This document shows positions 35,411 through 49,770 of a DNA stretch of 64,000 nt, one piece after another. Both the position numbers and the translations under genes were made by a program. The stretch's first letter is position 1. The number at the start of each line of letters is the position of its first letter. Origin of the DNA: Bispira polyomma (taxonomy: Eukaryota); assembly GCA_965649765.1 (NCBI GenBank), contig OZ287748.1:68386001-68450000 (forward strand), read 5' to 3'. The notes under the pieces were generated by a model. It was not told where the DNA came from, did no database searches, and saw only the letters and a list, made by a program, of their open reading frames with translations.

Positions 35411-36180
35411 CACTGGTCAAAATGAAATACGACTCAGTCGTATAAATGTAGGTAATTTCAAAAGTGGAAAATTTTAATTATTTTGATATGTATTTGTATT
35501 AACATATCCATTTTCCCTATTCTAAGCTACTGTAGCTTCCAAATTTTTATTTTCCTTAGAACATTACACAGAAAATCGTGTGATGGGAAAGATATCTAAA
35601 TTCACAAGAACACAGATTTACAGATGTCAAAAAAACCGAAAGTTGTCTTTAACTTGCCAATTTATTAAAAAATATCCTTTTTAAAGTGGGTTCTGCTCTC
35701 ATTCAGGTTTATACACTCCATACAATGTCTTTGAATGGTCACAACAGTGTTATGGATGACTTGCTTATCCAAGTTGTCCCATTCATTCCTGAGGGCTTGG
35801 AGCAGGATGGCGACATTGGAACAGATGGATTATGATCTGGAACACTGTTGTGACTATGCAAAGACATTCTACTGAGTGTATTGACTTGAATAGGGCCACA
35901 ACCCACTATTAACAGTTTTTTTCAATAAATTGGCAAGTGAAAGACAACTTTCATTTTCTTGGCAACTGTTTTCCTGTGCTTGAAAATTTGGATTTCTCAC
36001 CCATAGCATTCTTTGCTTGGTAATTCCTTGAAGAAATTTTTTTTTGGGGGAAGCAACAACAGCATGAAATAAGGAATATAGATATGTTAATACAAATAAA
36101 TATCAAAATAAAAAAAATTCTCCGTACTCTTGAAATTACCAACATTTATATGTCTGAGTTTTATTTTATTTTGACCAGTG
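35411..36180. mobile_element. Tc1/mariner-derived fold-back element, TA TSD, arms about 340 bp
   Basis: ta|cactggtcaaaat ... attttgaccagtg|ta; arms complementary inward to 35751/35841; Tc1 transposase C-terminal remnant on both strands. Confidence 0.88.
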
Positions 36181-37597
36181 TACATTAGATATTTTAGAAC
36201 TGGCTATTACTTAGTATAATCTGTTATATATACATATACAGTCAAATCTCTATTTTCTGAACTTCTGTTATCCGAATGTTCAGTTTTATGAACACAGGTT
36301 CACTTTCCAAAATTCACATTTTCATATTGTTTTAAACTAATACTCCTTTTCTATTTCATGAACCTTCTATTATCTGAACAAAGTCTTACTTTCCCAGGTG
36401 CTACTGTATTTATTATGTATTTAGAGTAGACCAAATCAGTCCCTAGACAAATGATCGCTGACAAACTGTCTCTGGATACAATAAGTTTCAGCAATCACAT
36501 TTATAATTAGTTAAAATTATGAGGTAAATCTAAGACCATGTATATTGCATGTAATGAATTTTTCATCGAGAAAATACAGACGTAGAATATGTGCAGAAAT
36601 TTGAGACACAGACACCCTCTTCTAGGGCACGTTCTTATTTTCCATACATACATTTTCGAACCTCCCTAGGGGAGTATTCTTATTTTCCATACATGCCTTT
36701 TTTCGCCTTTTTGACATTCTTATTTTTGGTAAAAAATAGATGGCCAATTTCGTTTACATTCTTATTTTTGGTAAAAATTAGCAAAGCCTTTGCAGGGTCT
36801 TATTTTTCTTATTTTTAGGCGTTCTTATTTTTGGTGAGAAGAATAAATTTTTACAATCGTCAGTTTCGCTTTGGCTTGAAAAAGTGGGATCTTGTTCAGT
36901 CTTGCTACTACCTTGATTGTGTGAGGTTTGATAGTTTAATAGTGTGGAGGGAAATTATTATTCTTAACACTGATGCACTTGGCTACTTTATTGGTCATAC
37001 ATAACAATGTACACTGCTGTACTACGACTTATTATTTGGAGAAGGTGCTTAAAGTGTTATATGTGTAAAGTAAATTAACTTTTTAATATAGGCTGAGTCT
37101 TTGCTTGAACTTATTTTTAGGTTTACGCTTACAATATTCTTCTGTGTATACTGAGCATTTGTCAATGTGGGATATTGTTATGAAGGTTAATTAATATTCG
37201 GAAATATTCAAAATATAGTAGAACCTCTATTTTACGGACATCTTGGGAGAGTCAGAATTTGTTTGGCTAAAAGAAGATCCGTAAAATAGAAGTGGCATTT
37301 TAGTATCAAAGAATAGCCAAAAATAAGTTTGGGAGAGTGAAATTGAGTTTGTAAAATCAAACATTTGGATAATAGAGTGTCGGATTATAGAGGTTTTAAT
37401 GTATTTGCTAAAACTGGGTAGTATTGGACAAATGTGTGGTATTAAAAACTCAAATAGTTATGAATCACTGGAAAATCATGAAGTACTTGAACTCTCTCTG
37501 TAAGTTTATAGGTTATAAACTGTAACTTTAACAAAGTAGGGGGTGGGCTCTTAAGAGGTCTTAAGTGGTCTTTTGGCTTCAAATTGAAACTGTATTA

Positions 37598-37820
37598 GAG
37601 TAAGGAATCTAAAAATGGCCACTGTATCCGAAATTGACCACCTAGAAAATATTGTGTTTTTGGTAGAATTGTGGGTAATATTTGCTGAAATTGACATTTT
37701 TGTGACTATTTTGCCTTAGTTACCCAGATTCCAATTATATTTCGCCAGTTTTTATTGATTTAGCTTAAATTTGAGAAGTGGCGAATTTCAGATACAGTGC
37801 CAATTTTAGATTTCTCACTC
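37598..37820. mobile_element. MITE family B
   Basis: Collinear with 34691-34893. Confidence 0.75.
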
Positions 37821-39857
37821 CAATAGAAAATTCGGTAGACTATTATAAAGGTGTGGGTCTTTTTAAGAGAGTTAAAAACTAAGGATGTTTAATACTTTCT
37901 CATAAAAACAAAACAAATAGTCTAATATTTTGTATTGAAAAAATCAGATATGTGTAAATATATATAAATTTTTTGTAAAAGTAGATAAATTGTATTCTGT
38001 GTATTTATATTCAAGCAAGCCCATTAATTAAATGATGTTAAAAATATAATAAAGTACAAAGATATTGACTTCATTTAATTGCACAATGTAGTTAATAACA
38101 ATGCACAATGCAGTTAATATTCATTCTTTTTGTGATAATTTTTATCTGAACAGTAGTACTATAAGTAAATCCTGGCAAAAAGCTTTGTTTACATGAAGCT
38201 GAAAAGTTTTTTTATCTGATATGTTTCATCTTGTATGTCTATATTTTAAAGCCTCACATACAGAACCGTTTTACTTGCGTACAAATTTATTATGTTTTTG
38301 TGTAATACTGTTTTATTTTATACAAGTTATATTTAAATATGGGCTCTGGGCCTTTAATAACATCTATCTATCCCCCCCCCCCCCCCCCCCCCCCATCTAT
38401 TCAGTGAACATCTTCATAAAATGTAGGATCAAGCAAGACCATGAATATTGTAGAGCACGTTTCTAAATAATAAGCATGTACATATCCATGAATACAGCTT
38501 TAATTCCCCTCCAGTACTCTTAGATATGAATGGATACTGCTATATTTGCTTATAATGTATCTGTAGTTATGTTCTAAATTGGAACAAGACTTGACTCTGA
38601 TTATTTAACGGTTCACCAATGATTTAATAGCCACTTGTATTTCTGATAAGACATGTCTAAATGTTAATAGCTAGGTCTATATATCAATCATTATGAGACA
38701 CTAGTCAAGTTATGGCATACTTTTACAGTAATTAACTACATTTCAAACTGTTCAGTCTGTACTTGAATGGATCAAAAAATGAGCTCCATATAAATAAAAA
38801 TGTGGCTTAAGTGGTACAATTAAGATCAGTTTGGTGTAAATCTGGAAGTCCTTACAATTATAGGTTTTACGGTAATGTTGATCGTGTATAAACCTATTTT
38901 ACTTTGTCTGATGTCAGTCTGTATTGAAGACTTGTATGTATATGGTGTACAGGCTGTGTGGTTAACAGGTCTGGTGGTGTGATGGTGTGAACAGAGAATT
39001 ACTCTGTAGCTAATAATAAAGGTTGAATGGTGGGGGCCCTATACATGGGTTTGTTTAAGGTGGAATAGTTCTAGTCTGGCTGTAGCCATACATTCAACCT
39101 CTTGGGTAACCTAACTGTTCACTTTATAAATTTGCTCAGGTCTTGTGGCCCTAGTGGGGATTTTGCTCAGGTCTTGTGACTACAGTGGCTAGACATGTGG
39201 GCTTTATAAAAGCTGAAGCATGCATTGGCTTCCCTCAGTTTTAATAAGATACCAGTGTGTATGTATGAATTCCCCACCCATCACACCTATTTGGTTAATT
39301 TTATTATTATTTTAGTTAACTTGTTGTAAGTGGGGGTCACCCCCTTTTATTCATATCATATGGTTAGATTTGTTGTGTAATATTACTAAAAAATACTAAC
39401 ATGTAAATGTGTAGCAATGGTATGAATAAATGGCCCAAACTATATATACTTGTGGTTATTATTGTGTTATATGCTCATATATATTCCTGGCCTTGTTTGG
39501 CTCATCCCTTACTTGGTGATTTACCTGGTTTACATTGTCACCTATACTTGCTTGAGATCTTAAGTGGTTTACATCCGCATTGGCACACACCTTGGTCTTG
39601 CTTCAGGATTGTAACAGAAACTGAGACAGGAAAAGATGTCCTTTTAATTGTGCTGTTCCAGTCAACTATATACAACATATCATGCCAGTATCATTCTTTA
39701 TCAATGTGATTATTTTGTAACTGGTAAAACAAATTGCAAATTGACAGTGTTCATTCATACTAACAAGTTTTTGTTTTGTTTGTTAAATGCTTTAATAAAC
39801 TGAACACTTATTATGTGTGACATTTTTATTTCTGTTTAGTCGTTGTGTTCTGGTCTA

Positions 39858-40329
39858 CAGTCAAAGCTGTACTAGTGACCACTCTTAAAAGATACCACTC
39901 CTACTTATAGACCAGTTTAAATTTCTCCCACGAGTTTTCCTAAAATATACACATAAGACCACTCGTAAGTTGTTACCAGAGACCACCTAAATTATGCCCC
40001 ACAGCAATATCTCACATGTATAGGAGAGACCCCTTCAAAATATTACGAGACATATCACAAGTTTTAATAGCCTCAAAGTTCTCAGTTATTTACATTTCCC
40101 TTCTTTCTTATAATTTTAAGCGCCCAGTTTTCACAGTAACAAGGCCAAGAAAATAGAAGAAGAGTATTAATTTTAAATCATTCATAAGTAACCTTTGATG
40201 TTGTTGTTCAAGTCTTGGCATCAGTATCAATGTCTGGACAGCACATACAGTTCACTAGAAAGACTGGCACATAGATGAGACCATTTTAAAGCATACCCTT
40301 GAGCAGTCATTATGTACAAGTTTCACTCT
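39858..40329. mobile_element. TA-CAGT-ended Tc1/mariner/pogo-type MITE; many short relatives (about 20757, 20937, 33691, 36238, 37217, 44455, 62740, 62920)
   Basis: tacagtcaaagctgtactagtgaccac / gcagtcattatgtacaagtttcactcta, degenerate TIRs. Confidence 0.55.
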
Positions 40330-41313
40330 ATATAGTCTGCATGTATGCCATGCCTTCTTTTGAATTTACAACATTTTAGATCAAAGTCAAAAGGTCAAAA
40401 TGAAAATTTTTGTTAAAAATCAGTGACCATTTTGTGCACACTGGAATCCACAACAGTTTCCTGGCCTAATTTGCAACGGTTTTGAAGTTGTCGCTAGATG
40501 TATTGCTCCAAAATATGATGGAACTTTTACATTAAATTTAATGTACCTGACAATAATGAGATAAAGCCAGTTGCTAGACACTACCACAGTAGGCTAAAAA
40601 TATGCTGTTTGCTTCAATTTTTTATTTAACTTTGGCCTGTTTAAAAAAAAGACAATTTTTCTAAAGTTTAAAAGAGAGCACTTCACATCTTGCAATAATC
40701 AAGCACATCTTAAGGCAGGTTATTTGTTGCTCTGTTTGGTTCATTGTTGCAATACCTAGAACATCTTATAATTAAGGCAGATCAAAAGGATTTCTATCTT
40801 AAACTCATAATCAAATATTACTTCCCTTTTTTGGCTTAAAGTTTTCTTAACTACCGTAACTGGTTCACTAAGTAAAAACATGACACTTGTGGATGACCAT
40901 AGAGCAAAAGGACCTTTAGTCATTGTACATACAATTCTAGAATGACCTACATTACAGAAGACGACTATTGTCTATAGCCTATGAAACCAATATTTTTCTG
41001 CCAGTTTAGCACACCAGATATGTTTTAAAGGGGAATATGGAACAACCTATGGCCTCAAATGCACATGAAATCTAATCTAGACAGTGTTCTAGTCTTTTAG
41101 CTGAAACATGGTAAAGATGTGTCACTCATCATCTATAACATTCTTAGAATTTTCTGAAGCTCAGCTAATCAGATTCCTTGGAACAATATTTTTAGCCAAT
41201 CAGATCGGTTGGACCAATTATCAAAGAATAAGAATAGTTGTGAATACCAGCCCAGATCCGTCAAAAACTGTAAGTAGGATTTATATCTGTATCACAATTT
41301 ATACTGTATGCAG

Positions 41314-41440
41314 TTGTATACCTTTTGTCTGGTATTCAATTGTGTAATTGTATACCTTTTGTCTGGTATTCAATTGTGTAGTTGTATACCTTTTGTCTGG
41401 TATTCAATTGTGTAGGTGTATACCTTTTTTCTGGTATTAA
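41314..41440 (+). repeat. 34-bp tandem repeat, about 3.7 copies
   Basis: ttgtataccttttgtctggtattcaattgtgta(a/g) at 41314, 41348, 41382, 41416. Confidence 0.9.
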
Positions 41441-44400
41441 ATTAAGCTTTTATTAACCAATAAACACCAGAAACTGGCATTACCATAACTCTTTTTAAAA
41501 CTAATAGTTACAAATATTGGTTATTTCCATGTACAAGGATTTCCACACATGACCTATACTTGAGTCTGAATTTAAGCATGAGTTTATCTGGAGAATACCA
41601 ACCCAGGTTCTTTAGTTAACGCCACTGGGGAAAGGATCTGATCACAAAAGACCAGCATTTTTAATGGTCACATCTCAAGCCACTATGTACCTGGCTGTAC
41701 CTGGGAGTCCTAACCTGTGTTTATTTAAGTGAGTGTGTCGCCTACAAGGCCACACTGGCAGATGTACTGAGGTACAGGCGCTTGTGCTATTTGTGGGACT
41801 TGCTACCTCAGGAAGTATTTTAACCCCTTTCTGTTTTATCTTATACATGCAACAAGAGTGAACAAGTCATATTGATTTTCTCAGGTTACTATAACTAGAA
41901 GAAAAACGACATTAATATCCACTATAGTCCATTTCGTCATAAAATTAATAACCACTTCAAACAATTTCTAATACAAGATTGATGTGTGACCTACCAAAGC
42001 GTCTGTCTCAAGGTCAAACTAAGAACATATAATAAAGGGACTGGTATCGGACACCTCTTCAAAATGAGTGATGTCTGTGTACTTTTTCATTATAAAAATT
42101 ATAATGAGACAAATTTATGACCCAATTTATATCGTCTGGAATTGATTGGATATGTGTACTCTTTTCTAAAAATACATGCAAGTAAATTATCTTTATTCAG
42201 CTGTCCTACATCTGTTATCATAAAAAAAATGTAACCGTCCTTTTTATATAGATGTAATATCACTGTGTGGTGACCATAGTTATTTAATGACAAATAAAAG
42301 ACAGACAGTGTTTAGGGATGTTTTTCTGTAAAGGCGAAAACAACTTAAAATCAAATTCTGGACCTGTAAATCTACATCACCAGCATTACACAAAACAGTA
42401 CTGAAATAATCCACATGTAATTTGATGAAGGAGTGTCGCATATAGTTAACTTGAAGGAAGAATCCAATACATTTTAAGAAGATCCCACTGGCAGGGCAAT
42501 TTTGGGGTTTTTTTTTTCAATATTTAGTATGGTGGCACCTCGGCAAAGGTATTGTATTGTATTTTGCATTTTTAACGCGCATTATTGAAGCTCACCATCT
42601 TTTAAAGCACAGCAACAGAATCAATTAATTAATGTCCGAAAATCTAAGCTCTAAGCATTCTAAGCTAATGCGCTCTGCTGAGTGCCATTCTAAGCTTTAA
42701 CTCAGAGGCTGTTTGTATTTAACCCTTTTGACTCCCTATGCTGTCGGCAAGCAGACAACGACAATTGGCACTTCCAGGACCTGTCTTTCGGCAAGTAGTC
42801 GACACTCCTAAAATATTATTTTATTTTCCTTTAGTTCCTCACAGTAAGAAATTGTTAATACACCAGACTCCCCTGTTTTAAAAAATTATACAGAAGGTCA
42901 ATATTAAATGGAAGTAGTTTGTAGTGTGGTTTAATGACTAGGTATGTGGAACCTATTGCTGTAAAATTTCCATCCATTTCTGGCAGTTACTTTTTTTCTG
43001 AAAGGTTTAAATGTCTAGACATATAAATGCATAAAAGCAAGATATAAATGACCATTTAAATTTATGATTTTTACACAAATGTCTAATCAGCTTGGTACAC
43101 CAATGTTAAGTAAGTGCATGAAGTTCTCATATAAGTTCTCTATAAGTACAAACAGTTCAAATTTGAAATAAAAACCAAAACTAACTATATTTTCCGAATA
43201 TCCAAACACTAGTACTGGTTATCAATGATGAGGTACAATGTATTAATAATATATGTAATCTACTAATAATTCATATTTTAGGCACAGACATCTTATCTAC
43301 AAGTGCAAGTTTATTAAATTATGTGCACTTATCAGACAGATTTTTAGTTCACAGAAGTTAATCCAATAAATTGGCTGATTTCTGTGGGTTACAAGTGACA
43401 TTGTGTAAGGTTAAGTACCAGTAAATTAGTCAAGTGGTCCAGCTAAAAATTTTTTAATTATGATATTTTTGAGTTGGTATTTTATCAAAAAAAAATCTAA
43501 GTTATCTTTTTGCCTGTTATAAAACCAAATGATGTCACTAGAAAAGCACTCAGTGTAATGCATACCTCCACTAAGATGCCACAGTGCCAAAAATTAAAAC
43601 AAAAATCCTGTGACCTTCATAGTGTACATAAAGCAAATGCAACTTATATTTGGTTCAGAAAAAGCTTTTTTTCCACCCAAATGGGTAATTTTTTCAAGGC
43701 TAACAGCAAACTTATGTAATAGTGTGAACTTAAACATAATCATTTGTGGTTTGCTTAAATTATACCAAATTTTTCAGAATAGGTCTGGGCTTATATTCTC
43801 AGGTGTAAACTCAAACTCCACTAAAGGCTGTGTGGAAGTTCTTATACTTAGAAAAGAGATTTTATTTGTGACTATTCACTGCTGAACTCATTTAAGCAGT
43901 GACATTTTTAAATATGATTATATTCAAAAGACATACATGGTGACCTCAAGTTTAAGTTGAGTATAAGCTTTAACTTAAAGATACTTTACTCTGATTTAAG
44001 AAGCTAGGACTTGTAGGGCTTTTCTGACCAAAGTGTACATAGTGTCCTCATGTTATCCTAAACAAGACATAACACAGCAAACTATCTAAATAGGCTATAA
44101 TTGGTATACACATGGACCACTTAGAGTCCTTGTGTAATCCTAAACACGACACAACACAGATAACTATTGAAATAGGCTATAATTGGTATACACATAAGCT
44201 AATCAGCGTTGTTATTTTGCCCTAACATTTCTTGGGACATTGCATTTGGCTTAAAACATGAAAACAAAGGCTTAAAATTAAAACTGCAGTGTAACTATAT
44301 CTAGGATGATCCCTATATGCATTGTCATTTTTGTGTAATTTACCTCAGAGAATAACTACTTTTGACAGCCTTGACATTAAAGGACTAAACCTTCCAAAAT

Positions 44401-46598
44401 CTAATGATAAAAGTAAATTTTTTTATACATAACCCCATAAGGTTTACTTGGTATACAGTCAAAACCTGTTAAGTAGAACTTCAAGGGACCATACAAAATA
44501 CTTCTACTTAAGCAAGATTTCCAGTTAACAGGCTAAGGTTTAATGGAAAAGGTCTGGCTAGGACAACAAATTCACTTCTGCCTATCAGGGAATTCAACTT
44601 GACAAAGTTCTACTTAAAGGGTTTTGACTGTGTAAGATCAGTTAAATTAATTGTATTAATCTGTATTAACTTAAGAAGAAAATTATAATCTAACCCAAAA
44701 TATAACAATTTGTATACCCGTTCGTTTTTGAGGCTGATTTTATGTTAGATTTACTGTTACAATATCTAGTAAATTGGGCTACATAGCCAATTATGTAATT
44801 TAGAATAATTTTGTTTCTATATATTTTTTATTATCATGAAGTATATTAAAAATAAAAACGAGCAAAGTGTTCAATAATATCCACTTTGATTTTGAAAATT
44901 TAAAGAAACTAGTTTCCTTTCTGTAATAATTATGAAATAATTTAGATCTTTTTACCATTTATTAAATGTGGGATCATACAACCTATTTTATTAAGTACAC
45001 ATTCAAAATAAATGGTAGCTCTAAATAAGCAAATATTATGAAAAACTGAAAAAATCATTCCAATTCATATCCATGGGTGTACATAATACATAGAAGGCAA
45101 CTGAACAACGTTTTTCAAAGATTTTCAAGTCAAATTGCGGTGCAGTGTCATGTCGTGCTGGAACATACCTGAATAATCAATACATGTTGTCTTATTTCTA
45201 TTTCTCTGTAGTGTCGTGCCGTGTAGTCAGCGTTCTGTAAGGCCCTTTAGCCTAGCCAGAGTATTACACTTTAGATAGATTACTTCTTGAAAAAGACTTT
45301 ACAAAATTTTAACAGTATTCCTTTAAATAAGTAGAGGAAACATAGGTGGCAAGGAGTATTATACAAAAAAAAAGTTAGTTATTAAATTGCATATAGCTTT
45401 TTTTCGCAAAATCAAAATTTCCCTGAAATTGTATCTTTGGAGAAATTAATATAGTTTTTGAGATTATATGTTATGTATTACAGATTAATATAAAAATAAC
45501 TTTGTGTTTTAATTTAAATGTTTAAAGTGTGATTGCAGTTGCATCCTTATATATTTCAAAGGGATGACTAAAAATAACTAACATTGGTCAAGTTGTCACC
45601 AAAGCAAATTCAAACACCAACCAACTCGGCACCAATCAACCCGGCATCAGAATTGGTGCCTAGAAGATACGAAACACTCACTTGGAAATGCAGACCATTT
45701 AGTTCAATGATACGCAAGGTACCGTCAGATACATAGTGGCTCTGTCAAGTGGACCTATCACCATTGGCAGGCTAAAGAATCTTAAGGACATTGATAAATG
45801 GTCATCCTCAAGCCTCTATGTTCAGTCATTGCCTTATTGCATGGCCTTTCAATGTTGTGTATCTATTACAAAGTAATCTAATGTGCAGTGGGATATATGT
45901 CAGATGTACTGACATTCAACAGTTTGTTTTTTTAGGGTAACTTGCTTAAAATTTTTCAATTGAAAAAGATAGACTGCAGGGAATATACCTTTATTTTAAC
46001 ATCACAATTACAATAATTATACAAACATTATACACTAAATATATATATATATATATATATGCAAGAATATTTTCCTAAACTTAATTTTCTACAAATATAA
46101 CGTGGAACCACTACTAGCATTTTACAGTTACATGTCTTTCATACTAAAAGCTATTCAAAACGACACCAACAAAAAAAACAACGAGTATAACCGGCTGGAT
46201 CCAGAAAACAAGAATTTCTGATCAAAATCTATTTGTGATTTGTTATTCTTTTTGATCTCCAGTGGATCGATTTTTTTCTCTCTAAAGAAAAGCATAGGAC
46301 AGTTTCAAAATCAAAACAAAAAGGAACTAAAAAAACTGCTGGAAAAAAGATCTAGTAGATAACTAGATATAAATTATTTTGTTGGTAGGTTTTCATATCT
46401 GGAATGCCAGTCAAAAGTCCACATTCAGGGAGAATGAAATCATAGACAGCCATAAAACTGGCCAATAAACAAAAAAAACTGTAGCAGTATCCTTTACTAT
46501 AAAGGAATTATGCTGCTATAGCTGTAAAAGATTTAACTAAAGATATAATTTTAGGTATCCTATTTTAAAAACTATATATAGGTTTCCCTTTGGATACA

Positions 46599-46812
46599 AG
46601 GGGGGCCACAGTGGCCTAGTGGTTAGAAGCATTAGCTTCACAATCACTGGCCTCTCACTAATGTGGGTTCGAATCCCATTTGTTCCTTCATGTGGGAAAG
46701 TTTGTCAGGTATTTACCGTAGGCCAGTGATTTACACTGGCTTCTTCCACCTTTTAATCTGGCCATCGCAATATGACCTATTGAAAGCGACGTAAAACCCA
46801 ACTAATTTCAAA
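46599..46812 (+). mobile_element. tRNA-derived SINE with TSD, related to 6211-6481
   Basis: gtggcctagtggttag A-box, ggttcgaatccc B-box, atgtgggaaag core, gacgtaaaaccc tail; TSD tttggataca at 46589 and 46818. Confidence 0.88.
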
Positions 46813-46949
46813 TTCCATTTGGATACATACTGAAACATCGAGCTATTTCACAAAGTTTTAATTCCATTAATGCTGTGATATATATCAAATGTGAATAATG
46901 TACTTGCATAATAAAATTTATTCTATACCGCTGATGACTTCTCAAAGTG

Positions 46950-47178
46950 AACGAGAAGGGCACTCAGTAAATCGCATACCTCTGGCAAGGTGTGAAAGTG
47001 CCAAAAGGTAAAAAAAATATAAAAATCCTGGATCCACCCATCTACCCAGATCTGCTCAAAAAATTATTGGATTCTTTTGTGGTCCATCTTTCCACCAAAT
47101 TTAATGTAAATCAGTCCACTATTTTTTGTTACAACCAATAGATACAGGAGAAAATGTAACCTCCTTGGCAGAGGTCAT
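46950..47178 (+). mobile_element. HINE-like family A copy (complete)
   Basis: aacgagaagggcactcagt..gcatacctctggcaagg head; 3' hairpin acctc-cttggca-gaggt. Confidence 0.7.
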
Positions 47179-49404
47179 CAGTTTTACAATCAAGGTTATA
47201 CAAAGGATGTTTCTGAATTTGCACCAATTTATTATACAAAGATTCATTCACTGTAGAACCTCTATTATCCAAATTTTGGGCTGATTATATTATTGTAAAC
47301 TGCCTTCTGTCCCTGAACTTTAAACTATACTAATAAGCATAATTTTCTTTTCTTGTTAAGTTAAGAGTTGTTGAAGCCTTGTGCATCAGGAAAATCTAAT
47401 AATAAGTTGTTAGGACTGTTTGAATATGATGTCTCATATCCCCTCTCCCAAAGTTTATGGTTACAATTATTTCATTCTTGTAACTAAATCCATCTATTTG
47501 CTAACTGTTCAATTATTCAAATTTACTCTCTCCCAATATGTCTTGGATGTAACAGAGGTTCTACTTTATCTGAAAACAAAACTCTGCTTATCTGCAATTA
47601 TGGCAAGGAAAGTCAATAACATACGCCTTATGGTGGTATCACAAAAGGGCTAAGTCTAGACAATGTCCTAAATCTAGCATAAAAGTATACTAGATCTAAG
47701 ACAAAGTCTTGGCTTAGCCCTTTTTGTGAATACCGCCCCCGGGGCGGGGGTGGTGACAGTCATCAATGCTGAGATTTAAGCCTTGAGATTTAGGCCTAGC
47801 GAGTAAAAACAGTTAACATCGCCCCCCTGTTTGGCATTTTACTACATATATAGATGATATACAAACAGCAAACATTTAGATAGAAAAAAAACTGCATTCT
47901 ACATTTATTAGACTTGTTTTTTAACATATAAATACCATTGTTACCCAAAATGAGATTCACAATTTGGTTAAATATAAGGGTATAATGTTGTTTACATGTA
48001 TGACACACCGGTTGTATAATTACACCACAAGACTACAGATATGTACACATTATCATTTTCAACTGTATCTTTTTTTAGTTTTTTTTAGAGATTTGTATCT
48101 CCATTAATAACACACAAAAACTTGTAAAGTTAGAGAGATGAATGAACTAACACCCTTTTCCTGAGTTTTACGTCCCTTTGTAAATTAATAAATAGTAAAT
48201 ACACTGGTTTTAGGTGATAAAATTAAGAATAAATAAGTTATACTTCAAAAAAAAAAATACATAAAAATGCACGAGATTCTTTTTCTTCAATAATAACATC
48301 AGTGCTATGTTACTACCAGTACATGGGAGGAATGTTGGCCTAATGTTATATACATTTCACTTGTTTTCACAGAGATTCCTTCTAAATATCTATGGCAGCC
48401 GAAGTTATTGAATGAGTATTAGCGTACGTAGTATTACATGTATCAAGGATACTAATTGGGTAGAACACAAAATATGAAGAATTGCATGAAGAATTGTATA
48501 TTACATAATCCATAATTCAAAATGAAAATATGAGATTTTCGTGCTATGTAAAAGTAATATTAATATAACTGGCTTGGGACACAGATTCTGATGGGTTCTG
48601 TACTGTGGCAGAATCTAGAACTACAATGTTGAAACCGTAGTTCTTCGTGATATTCTTTATGCTCAGTTAAATAGTTCAATCAGCAATTAAATTTAAATGT
48701 TCAAAAATTTAGATAATATAATTTTAATGTTTTAAAAATTTAGATACCATAATTTTAATATTTTCAAAATTTAGATAATACAATCTTAACATTTAATGTT
48801 AGAATCGTAACCAATTAATAACCCATTCCTAACAAGGATATATGGGGATTTTACCACTATTAAGAGTTCTAGAACCATACTATGCCTCACATTGTGGTAA
48901 AATTCCTGTATATCCTTGTTTGGAATGGGATATTCTTTCATTAGATGTTAAAGCAGATCAATCATTTTGTAAAAAATGGAATACAAGTTACACACTCTGT
49001 ACTAAAGAGAATAAGTTAATATAAAGCTTGTAAATAAGTCTAGGTTCTAGAAGCAATAATTGAAAAACACCTGATTCGGGAATTTTGAAATTGCGACTGA
49101 GATTTATCACCAAAAATGACTAGAACTTAAGATATGTTATCAAATTGTGACTAAATACAAATTACAATTTCAATGATGCAGACATACTGTAAGCAAAACA
49201 TAAAGGATATATTCAAAGGTAACACAAAAAACGCTAGTTTACAATTTTGACTGTTTCTTTCCTTTTGTTAACCAATATATAATGATGGTCATTACCCACA
49301 TTTGACTAAACACAACAAACAGTTGAATCAACATTTGCCTTTAGTAAAATTTATAACACAAACTTTGGACCCTAATATTACAAGACATTTGGCAATAAAC
49401 TCCA

Positions 49405-49770
49405 TCGATATTTAACAGAGTTCACATCAGTTTTAGCTGCCCTCATAAAACAAGTACACAAATTATACATGGGAAAATTTTTTTCATATTTAACAGAATT
49501 TACAACAGTTTTAGCTGCCCTCATGAAAAAACTGGAGCATTATACATGGAAAAAAAATTTCATATTTAACAGAATTTACATCAGTTTTAGCTGCCCTCAT
49601 GAAAAAACTGGAGCATTATACATGGAACAAAAATTTCATATTTAACAGAATTTACATCAGTTTTAGCTGCTCTCATAAAACAATTATAGAATTTTTCATG
49701 AGGAAAAAATTTTCATATTTAACAGAAATTACATCAGTTTTAACTGCCCTCATGAAACAACTGGAGCATT
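49405..49770 (+). repeat. About 76-bp tandem repeat, about 5 copies
   Basis: atatttaacaga...cagttttagctgccctcat near 49408, 49486, 49562, 49638, 49715. Confidence 0.9.

Noticed and set aside
39320-39709. 100-aa ORF 39407-39709 or a solo LTR ending tgtaaca
   Set aside because: No recognisable protein motif; no matching TIR or TSD for an LTR
34304-39800. 3' UTR IRE candidates (CAGTG at 34308, 35745, 39254, 39745)
   Set aside because: Each lacks a complete upper stem and/or the bulged C
42719-42800. piggyBac-like TTAA-CCC left end
   Set aside because: No matching GGG-TTAA right end found
45985-46000. Distal SLC6 poly(A) signal (tttatt at about 45990) implying a 9-kb 3' UTR
   Set aside because: AATAAA is frequent in AT-rich DNA; cannot be assigned without 3'-end data
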